DNA of 61,274 nucleotides from Veleropilina oligotropha (Eukaryota): NCBI GenBank assembly GCA_048128005.1, contig JBEUKZ010000054.1, positions 1,550,001 to 1,611,274 of the forward strand, read 5' to 3'. Shown piece by piece: positions 15,101 to 27,100 of this stretch (position 1 is its first letter; each line of letters starts with the position of its first letter). The notes under the pieces were generated by a model. It saw only the letters and a program-made list of their open reading frames with translations, ran no database searches and was not told where the DNA came from. The position numbers and the translations under genes were made by a program.

Positions 15101-18100
15101 GCCCACTCTAGTCTTTGCAATGATGAGTCAAATGCATTTTCGTTTATAATTCATTGACTGCATATTTCCTCATATTTCAAAAACCATGGCTGCTTTACAC
15201 ACAGTCACGTGGTTTATTGGATAATTGAGTAATTATATAAGTAGAAATATGTAGATAATTATATTTGGTTGATATGTTATGCAATTTCTTGAGGAAATTT
15301 GGCACATGATTGTCGAATAAGCATCTGTAATTTTTGTTTTATTGACGGTGTGGTGACCCACAATGCGCCACGCAGTTTGAACAGTGCATTTTTATCGGAC
15401 ATTGTGTAATCGTCATTTAAAAAGAAGGTCTCTTTCTCAGAGTGTAGATCTAATCATGCTCAATGTAAAATATATTTAAATTATGGCCACTGTTCAGTCA
15501 TGGGTACAATTTCCTGATTTTCTCTTCACATTGTTAGTTTTGTGCTTTCACAAAGGTATAAAAAATAATGTTACAATTATGTAATATATATGGGAACATA
15601 ATACATCCTTAATAAATATGTTATAAGACCGGTAATAATAATTATCTTATATGCCATGGTGTGTAGATTAACAATTTAATTTTAATACCTGTTTGAAAAG
15701 TATTTTGGTGAATATATTGTATTATGAAGCGTTGAGAACCATTGCCAAGTTTTAAATGCTGGTGAGTGTTCCATGAAATTGAAATTGACATGTTTCGTTT
15801 AATACCCAGCTGGGTCATATCAGGATATGTCCATATTATTGCGAGAATGAAGCCTGGTTGCTATGGAAATTAGCCAGTAAGCTTCAGGCCATTTTTGGAC
15901 AAATGTGTCTGTCGAGTGCACAAAGTGTCGATCCGAGAATTTGAAGAAGAGTGAATTAAGAGCCTCTCTCGTATCCTTTAACCACCGGGTTTATTTCTGC
16001 ACAAACGCAGTAATGTAACAATAATACATCTTACTTATTTCGCGAAAATAAAGCTTGTTATTTTACTTTCAAGATAAAATTTTGTATTTATAATAATTAT
16101 TTTGTATGAATGTTCTATCAGAAATATTATCACTTGATGAAACGCATGATTATGTATATTTTTTTAGGAAATTGCCATATCTGCCAGGAATTTTGTAAAA
16201 GTGAAGGAGTTAGAAGAGAGCCGTGATATAATCATATTACATGGCGGCGTCGGGGGATATCAAAGATTTACAGTAAGTTTTGAAAATGTAAATATTAAGT
16301 ACTGTTAAATTTCGAGTTTTGCTTACTTGATACCAGGTGATGTTATTTTACAATCCATTTAACTGTATATCATTGTTAGAGGCCAAATCCTCATGTAGTA
16401 TTTTTATTGATATATTATATAGTTAGCAGAGTGTGGCAGAGGTTCGGCTTACCAGGAACACTCGGTACTTGGTTTGGAGGACGTAATTAAATCATATTGC
16501 ACTATCTGTGTAATTTTGCTGTAATCCTCAGAGGCTCTCTGGGGGAGTTTAAAGATGGAATCTCATGTGAACCATGCCATAACCATAGCCATGCATAACC
16601 ATAGCCATGCATAACCATAGCCATGCCATAGCCATGCATAACCATAGCCATGCATAACCATAGCCATGCATAACCATAGCCATGCCATAGCCATGCATAA
16701 CCATAGCCATGCATAACCATAGCCATGCGTAACCATAGCCATGCCATAACCATAGCCATGCATAACCATAGCCATGCATAACCATATTCATGCATAACTA
16801 TAGCCATGCATGACTATAGCCATGCGTAACCATAGCCATGCCATAACCATAGCCATGCATAACCATAGCCATGCCATAACCATAGCCATGCATAACCATA
16901 GCCATGCATAACCATAGCCATGCATAACTATAGTCTTGCATAACCATAGCCATGCATAACCATAGCCATGCATAATCATAGCCATGCATAACCATAGCCA
17001 TGCATAACCATAGCCATGCATAATCATAGCCATGCATAACTATAGCCATGCGTAACCATAGCCATGCGTAACCATAGCCATGCCATAACCATAGCCATGC
17101 ATAACCATAGCCATGCATAACCATAGCCATGCCATAACCATAGCCATGCATAACCATAGCCATGCCATAACCATAGCCATGCATAACTATAGCCATGCAT
17201 AACCATAGCCATGCATAACCATAGCCATGCATAACCATAGCCATGCATAACCATAGCCATGCATAATCATAGCCATGCATAACTATAGCCATGCATAACC
17301 ATAGCCATGCATAATCATAGCCATGCATAACCATAGCCATGCCATAGCCATGCATAACCATAGCCATGCCATAACCATAGCCATGCATAACTATAGCCAT
17401 GCATAACCATAGCCATGCATAATCATAGCCATGCATAACCATAGCCATGCATAACCATAGCCATGCATAACCATAGCCATGCAACTATAGCCATGCATAA
17501 CCATCATAGCCATGCATAACCATAGCCATGCATAACTATAGCCATGCATAACCATAGCCATGCCATAACCATAGCCATGCATAATCATAGCCATGCATGA
17601 CTATAGCCATGCATGACTATAGCCATGCATAACTATAGCCATGCCATAACCATAGCCATGCATAACCATAGCCATGCATAACCATAGCCATGCATGACTA
17701 TAGCCATGCATAACCATAGCCATGCATAACCATAGCCATGCATAATCATAGCCATGCATAACCATAGCCATGCATAACTATAGTCTTGCATAACCATAGC
17801 CTTGCATAATCATAGCCATGCATAATCATAGCCATGCATAACCATAGCCATGCATAACCATAGCCATGCATAACCATAGCCATGCATAATCATAGCCATG
17901 CATAATCATAGCCATGCATAACCATAGCCATGCCATAGCCATGCGTAACCATAGCCATGCATAACCATAGCCATGCATAATCATAGCCATGCATAACCAT
18001 AGCCATGCATAACTATAGTCTTGCATAACCATAGCCATGCATAATCATAGCCATGCATAATCAGAGCCATGCATAACCATAGCCATGCCATAGCCATGCG

Positions 18101-21100
18101 TAACCATAGCCATGCATAACCATAGCCATGCATAACCATAGCCATGCATAACCATAGCCATGCATAACCATAGCCATGCATAACCATAGCCATGCATAAT
18201 CATAGCCATGCATAATCATAGCCATGCATAACCATAGCCATGCCATAGCCATGCGTAACCATAGCCATGCATAACCATAGCCATGCATAATCATAGCCAT
18301 GCATAACCATAGCCATGCATAACCATAGCCATGCCATAACCATAGCCTTGCGTAACCATAGCCATGCATAACCATAGCCATGCATAACCATAGCCATGCA
18401 TAACCATAGCCATGCATAATCATAGCCATGCATAACCATAGCCATGCATAACCATAGCCATGCATAATCATAGCCACGCGTAACCATAGTCATTCATAAC
18501 CATAGTCATTCATAACCATAGTCATTCATAACCATAGTCATTCATAACCATAGTCATTCATAATCATAGTCATGCATAACTATAGCCATGCATAACCATA
18601 GCCATGCATAACTATAGTCTTGCATAACCATAGCCATGCATAACCATAGCCATGCATAACCATAGCCATGCCATAACCATGGCCATGCATAACTATAGCC
18701 ATGCATAACCATAGCCATGCCATAACCATAGCCATGCATAACCATAGCCATGCATAACCATAGCCATGCATAATCATAGCCATGCATAATCATAGCCATG
18801 CATAACCATAGCCATGCATAACCATAGCCATGCCATAACCATAGCCATGCCATAACCATAGCCATGCATAATCATAGCCATGCATAATCATAGCCATGCA
18901 TAACTATAGTCTTGCATAACCATAGCCATGCATAACCATAGCCATGCATAACCATAGCCATGCCATAACCATGGCCATGCATAACTATAGCCATGCATAA
19001 CCATAGCCATGCCATAACCATAGCCATGCATAACCATAGCCATGCATAACCATAGCCATGCATAATCATAGCCATGCATAATCATAGCCATGCATAACCA
19101 TAGCCATGCATAACCATAGCCATGCATAACTATAGCCATGCCATAGCCATGCATAACCATAGCCATGAATAACCATGGCCATGCATAACCATAGCCATGC
19201 ATAACCATAGCCATGCCATAACCATAGCCATGCATAACCATAGCCATGCATAACCATATTCATGCATAACTATAGCCATGCATGACTATAGCCATGCATA
19301 ACCATAGCCATGCATAACCATAGCCATGCCATAACCATAGCCATGCATAACCATAGCCATGCCATAGCCATAGCCATGCCATAACCATAGCCATGCATAA
19401 CCATAGCCATGCATAACCATAGCCATGCATAACCATAGCCATGCATAACCATAGCCATGCATAATCATAGCCATGCATAATCATAGCCATGCCATAACCA
19501 TATTCATGCATAACTATAGCCATGCATGACTATAGCCATGCATAACCATAGCCATGCATAATCATAGCCATGCATAATCATAGCCATGCCATAACCATAT
19601 TCATGCATAACTATAGCCATGCATGACTATAGCCATGCATAACCATAGCCATGCATAATCATAGCCATGCATAACCATAGCCATGCATAACCATAGCCAT
19701 GCATAACCATAGCCATGCATAACCATAGCCATGCATAACCATAGCCATGCATAACCATAGCCATGCATAACCATAGCCATGCATAACCATAGCCATGCAT
19801 AACCATAGCCATGCATAACCATAGCCATGCATAACCATAGCCATGCATAACCATAGCCATGCATAACCATAGCCATGCATAATCATAGCCATGCATAACC
19901 ATAGCCATGCATAACCATAGCCATGCATAACCATAGCCATGCATAACCATAGCCATGCATAACCATAGCCATGCATAATCATAGCCATGCATAACCATAG
20001 CCATGCATAATCATAGCCATGCATAATCATAGCCATGCATAACCATAGCCATGCATAACCATAGTCATTCATAACCATAGCCATGCATAATCATAGCCAT
20101 GCATAATCATAGCCATGCATAACCATAGCCATGCATAACCATAGCCATGCATAACCATAGCCATGCATAACCATAGCCATGCATAATCATAGCCATGCAT
20201 AACCATAGCCATGCATAATCATAGCCATGCATAACCATAGCCATGCATAATCATAGCCATGCATAACCATAGCCATGCATAACCATAGCCATGCATAACC
20301 ATAGCCATGCATAACCATAGCCATGCATAACCATAGCCATGCATAACCATAGCCATGCATAACCATAGCCATGCATAACCATAGCCATGCATAACCATAG
20401 CCATGCATAACCATAGTCTTGCATAACCATAGCCATGCATAACCATAGCCATGCATAACCATAGCCATGCATAACCATAGCCATGCATAATCATAGCCAT
20501 GCATAACCATAGCCATGCATAATCATAGCCATGCATAACCATAGCCATGCATAATCATAGCCATGCATAACCATAGCCATGCATAACCATAGCCATGCGT
20601 AACCATAGTCATTCATAACCATAGCCATGCATAACCATAGCCATGCATAACCATAGCCATGCATAACCATAGCCATGCATAACCATAGCCATGCATAACC
20701 ATAGCCATGCATAACTATAGTCTTGCATAACCATAGCCATGCATAACCATAGCCATGCATAACCATAGCCATGCATAATCATAGCCATGCATAACCATAG
20801 CCATGCATAATCATAGCCATGCATAACCATAGCCATGCATAATCATAGCCATGCATAACCATAGCCATGCATAACCATAGCCATGCATAACCATAGTCAT
20901 TCATAACCATAGCCATGCATAATCATAGCCATGCATAACCATAGCCATGCATAACCATAGCCATGCATAACCATAGCCATGCATAATCATAGCCATGCAT
21001 AACCATAGCCATGCATAACCATAGCCATGCATAACCATAGCCATGCATAACCATAGCCATGCATAACCATAGCCATGCATAACCATAGCCATGCATAACC

Positions 21101-24100
21101 ATAGCCATGCATAACCATAGCCATGCGTAACCATAGCCATGCGTAACCATAGTCATTCATAACCATAGCCATGCATAATCATAGCCATGCATAATCATAG
21201 CCATGCATAACTATAGCCATGCATAACCATAGCCATGCATAACCATAGCCATGCATAATCATAGCCATGCATAATCATAGCCATGCATAACCATAGCCAT
21301 GCATAACCATAGCCATGCGTAACCATAGTCATTCATAACCATAGTCATTCATAACCATAGTCTTGCATAACCATAGCCATGCATAACCATAGCCATGCAT
21401 AACTATAGCCATGCCATAGCCATGCATAACCATAGCCATGCATAATCATAGCCATGCCATAACCATATTCATGCATAACTATAGCCATGCATAACCATAG
21501 CCATGCATAATCATAGCCATGCATAACCATAGCCATGCATAACCATAGCCATGCATAACCATAGCCATGCATAACCATAGCCATGCATAACCATAGCCAT
21601 GCATAACCATAGCCATGCATAACCATAGCCATGCATAATCATAGCCATGCATAACCATAGCCATGCATAACCATAGCCATGCATAACTATAGTCTTGCAT
21701 AACCATAGCCATGCATAACCATAGCCATGCATAACCATAGCCATGCATAATCATAGCCATGCATAACCATAGCCATGCATAATCATAGCCATGCATAACC
21801 ATAGCCATGCATAACCATAGCCATGCGTAACCATAGTCATTCATAACCATAGCCATGCATAATCATAGCCATGCATAATCATAGCCATGCATAACCATAG
21901 CCATGCATAACCATAGCCATGCATAACCATAGCCATGCATAATCATAGCCATGCATAACCATAGCCATGCATAATCATAGCCATGCATAACCATAGCCAT
22001 GCATAATCATAGCCATGCATAACCATAGCCATGCATAATCATAGCCATGCATAATCATAGCCATGCATAACCATAGCCATGCGTAACCATAGCCATGCGT
22101 AACCATAGTCATTCATAACCATAGCCATGCATAATCATAGCCATGCATAATCATAGCCATGCATAACTATAGCCATGCATAACCATAGCCATGCATAACC
22201 ATAGCCATGCATAATCATAGCCATGCATAATCATAGCCATGCATAACCATAGCCATGCATAACCATAGCCATGCGTAACCATAGTCATTCATAACCATAG
22301 TCATTCATAACCATAGTCTTGCATAACCATAGCCATGCATAACCATAGCCATGCATAACTATAGCCATGCATAACCATAGCCATGCATAACCATAGCCAT
22401 GCATAATCATAGCCATGCCATAACCATATTCATGCATAACTATAGCCATGCATGACTATAGCCATGCATAACCATAGCCATGCATAGCCATAGCCATGCA
22501 TAACTATAGCCATGCATAACCATAGCCATGCCATAACCATAGCCATGCCATAACCATAGCCATGCATAATCATAGCCATGCCATAACCATAGCCATGCAT
22601 AACCATAGCCATGCATAACCATAGCCATGCATAACCATAGCCATGCATAACTATAGCCATGCATAACCATAGCCATGCATAATCATAGCCATGCATAACC
22701 ATAGCCATGCATAACTATAGCCATGCATAACCATAGCCATGCCATAACCATAGCCATGCATAATCATAGCCATGCATGACTATAGCCATGCATAACTATA
22801 GCCATGCCATAACCATAGCCATGCATAACCATAGCCATGCATAACCATAGCCATGCATGACTATAGCCATGCATAACCATAGCCATGCATAACCATAGCC
22901 ATGCATAATCATAGCCATGCATAACCATAGCCATGCATAACCATAGCCATGCATAACCATAGCCATGCATAACCATATTCATGCATAACCATAGCCATGC
23001 ATAACCATAGCCATGCATAACCATAGCCATGCGTAACCATAGCCATGCATAACCATAGCCATGCCATAACCATAGCCATGCATAACCATAGCCATGCATA
23101 ACCATAGCCATGCGTAACCATAGCCATGCCATAACCATGGCCATGCATAACCATAGCCATGCCATATCTATAGCCATGTATAACCATAGCCATGCCATAA
23201 CCATAGCCATGCCATAACCATAGCCATGCCATAACCATGGCCATGCATAACCATAGTCATGCATAACTATAGCCATGCATAACCGTAGCCATGCCATAAC
23301 CATGGCCATGCATAACCATAGCCATGCCATAACCATAGCCAGGGAGCAGCAGCAGGGGGGGTGACCATACCTTTTATGTGGGGGCGCGGCGAGGGAAATT
23401 AAGGCTCCCAGCACTTTTTCAGAATTAATATGGATCTCAACTCAGCAGCAGGGGGGGTCAGTAGACTTTTTAGAATGGGAAAATAAAGCGCCCAGCACCA
23501 TTTCAGAACTGAGCTGGTATTACTGTGGAGGGCTAGGGAGTTAGACTAGGGGCGCGGCGAGGGAAATTAAGGCTCCCAGCTATATTTCAGACCCCAGGGG
23601 TAGGGATTGTATTACAAAAAGTCACCGTGTGTACAAACTAGGGTAGCTTAGAATAGTAAATTAAATTAAAACACTTACCTGTGGACATTTCGGCCGAAAC
23701 TCATATCACTAATCCCCCTCCAGCCTTCTACAGCCTTCTAGATCAGTTTATTGCCACATTTCCATATATAACTTGTTGACGAGCTCTGTTCGTTCTAGAG
23801 CTTTCCACGTACACATACTTGTTGACGATCTGTGATCATTCTAGAAGGCTGTATTGCCACGTGACCATGACTCCACTAGATTACTGTCTACCATGTAAAC
23901 ATGGGGACTGATATATTCTTTCTGTGCCAAACAGAATGTTGGGGACCAGAAAAAGAAATCTGGGCCAATCTTTCTTGACTTGAGCTAGAAATTTTTTATA
24001 TCTGGGTCGACTCGGGACTGCGAGGTATTTCATTCATACGCGCAGAAGCAGCCAGACAGCATTTCTATAGTACTATAGAAATGGCGTGTCATGCTTTTAA

Positions 24101-27100
24101 CGACTGTTGCCATTCATAAATCGGGCACGAATGAACCAAGTAGATGGCTGACTAGGATATTAATATTATTATTTAATACATTGATGTCTCTCCTAGTGTA
24201 GCTCTAAGCGCAGTACAAACTATAACTAATATTACAGTACAATGTACACAAGGATATACAGGAGAGACATCAATGATACATACTTAAGCAATAATAACAA
24301 TAAACAGAATATTTTTTTCGAGTTTTTCAATTTTATCTTTTTTTTTACAAGCGCAATCAGACAAAGAGGTGAAGCAGCCCCTGCGTGAACTTCAACCAAC
24401 TTTGAATGGTACAATATACGCAGGGGAAAGCCGGAAAAATATGTTTTAATGCAGGAGCAGCTGGTTTATATGAATATATAGTTGCCCGATATTAAAGTAC
24501 AATTACAGGGTGAGATGTGTCCGACTTTTCTCCACACACCGAAGCAGCCAGACAGCATGGTATAATACTCCCCATTTTTTCCAGGACATAACGAGGGGGT
24601 CGAACACTGGACACATGTGACAGTATCTCTTGGTGTGGCAGGGCTACAGTCATTCTCTCCGATAATAAAATAGTGGCATGACGGTGGAGAGACATCAGGG
24701 GTGGGGTCTCTACCCGGGCGAAGAAGCAAGTTTCTACGTAAGGGGTCAAATCGGGCGTTATACCTGGGATGATTTCGGTACCTAGTCCACGTATGTTCCA
24801 GAATTAATGCAGTGTTGTGTGTCGACGCCTGGGTAGACACACCCCCTAGCCAGCACACCGCGACAATGCACAGTAGCATAGATTTCATGGATTTCATGGT
24901 TGTCCAGATATCACTGTCGATTTCTAGCTTTAATACGGAGGAGGAGCGGGGTAGTCGTGGCTACGCTCAACCTGGATAGTTAGTCGCCAGCCCCGATTTT
25001 TTTCAGCAGCTCTGCGCGACCCTCTAAACGACCGCGCTCAATAAGCTCGCTTTGGGTCTGTGAAATCGCGGTGTGCGCCTTCCTACTCTTATCCCGGATT
25101 GATGCCTTCATGGCTTGGTATTTCTCCATCTCCCCTGTGACCAGTTGGAATTCATCATCAGACATCACCCCGTCCGATAATGCCTTTGAGACGTGGTCGG
25201 TTATGGTATTCAGCTTGCTGTCGGCCAGGACTCGAATCTCGTCGTGTTTCTTAGCCTTCACCCCGAGGCGCCGGCTGATATACTTTCCACCCATACTAGC
25301 GAGCCCACACCCTAATGCCGCTAGTTCCAGCACTAGGACGACCGGGGCGGCTACAATTGTGGACAGTAGACCAATTCCAGCGCTACCCATACCAAGTGTG
25401 GCGACGACTAGCCCGTTATCTATCCCGTCAACGACGTTAACACCTCGTCGGTACTTTTTATATAATGCAGCCCGTGTGTCCCTCTCTCGTTCTAATTGTC
25501 CCTGAAGCTCATTCACTTTCTGTAGTCGGAAGGACTGTGCCTCATGCAGTTCCGAAGGCACATCGCCACCAAGTTGTGGGTACAGCGTTGGCGCTGAGGG
25601 TTTGTTGTCCATCATACGTGGCTGTATTGTTCCGCCTGTTTGTTTAAAATGTCTACTGTAACGTTCAAATACAGAGTGCCGACCCACGGGGCCTTGATGA
25701 CAAAGGCGAGGGTTAACTTATCCGAATCCAGGCTGAGTTTACTTATGGAACATGCCTTGGGGCCCCCGGCCGGCTGGACCGGCGTCAGGTGGATCATTAG
25801 AAGGGCTGGGTTCAACCCGAACCGACCTCTAGTGTTTGGAAACATGAACTCCCTCCTCGCCAGCCCCTTATTGGGCGCTACCCCACAATTAAGGACAAAG
25901 TGCCACCGGGTCGGGGGGGAAGAGGGCTCGTCTGCAAGCAGGGTCCCGTAGATGCTGCTCATTGTATCGCAAGGACTGCGGAAATAGGCATACCGTGATT
26001 GTCGAGCGGTTTACCATCTGAGTCTGTGATGTAAACCTTCAACTCTGTGATTAGCCCGGCCTGTAGTCGCCGGCCGGCGGGATAGCTATGATAGTGGCCA
26101 GCTTCACCGAACATCTGCGACGTGATAGGGACCACCGCGAGAATAGTGCTCGGGGCGCCGTCCTGCACATTGTGCGTTGTACTAAGCTGCTCCAGGTGAA
26201 CGTGCAGGGTTGGCGCTATGGCAAACCCGACAGGCTTATTCCCGTCATAAGTCCCAGGGCGTAGCCACTCGGATCTCTCCGGAGGGGGAGGTGGTTGGCC
26301 CTGTACTCCCCGAACCGGTGGGTTCAGATTCCCTGCTTTATCGAGAATAAACGAAGACAGGTTTAAGCCGAGGAGTTTTCGTATATCGTCGCTTATCGCG
26401 AGTCGAGTCCCCTCTGGGACCACGATTCGGGCGAGCCCTGTAGCATGGCTTACATCTAGCTGTATGTTAACTAGCGACCTCTTCATCGTCTTGGCGAGGT
26501 CATCGAAGCTGTAGAAACCTGGTGCCACGTCGACCGTGGTATCCGGGGTCTTAAAGAAGGCTCCGGCATGCACGTTGTGCCAGCCTACCCAATAGTCGAG
26601 CGACTGCAAGCTGACACATAGCTTGCCGTCCCGGTTATCAATCGGCTCCAGGAGGGCAACCGCGGTCCCCTCTTGAACGTTTGTTAATGTGTGAAACATA
26701 GTAGCTATGGCTAAGAGCGCCTTTGCGTTTAATAGGAGTGCGGCCTATCCGACCGGTGTGGTGTACCCAGCAAAGATCAAAGATGAGCAGCTTACGAGAC
26801 CAAGCATCAATGTGGGTAATAGCTCAACCACTACATTCGGGGCAACATACCCTGACGTCTTTCAGAAATACCGCCTCCCTCATGTCGCTAGTGACGGGCT
26901 GATAAGGGATTGGAACAGCACGCCGATGAGGTTCTGGCAGAACAAGGTCAATTTCGCAGTTTGGTGTGCCACAACAGGTTCCGGAATCTCCTCAGAAGAC
27001 CACTTAAATGCGACCGACCCCCTCTCCACTGCTGTATTCACCTTCCACGTCTACTATCAGGTCAGACGAATCTTATCCGAAATTCAGGCGCCGCTGCCAC

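Noticed and set aside
16502..23414. Dozens of MAMVMHGYGYAWLWLC-type ORFs
   Set aside because: They are translations of the 16-bp satellite in all three minus frames, with no coding signal
24232..24414. 60-aa hydrophobic ORF in the viral left arm
   Set aside because: Non-ATG start and AT-rich low complexity; more likely the 3' UTR of the Cys-rich gene
25640..25951. Plus-strand 103-aa ORF
   Set aside because: The antisense 116-aa ORF has ATGA overlaps with both neighbours and fits the gene block better
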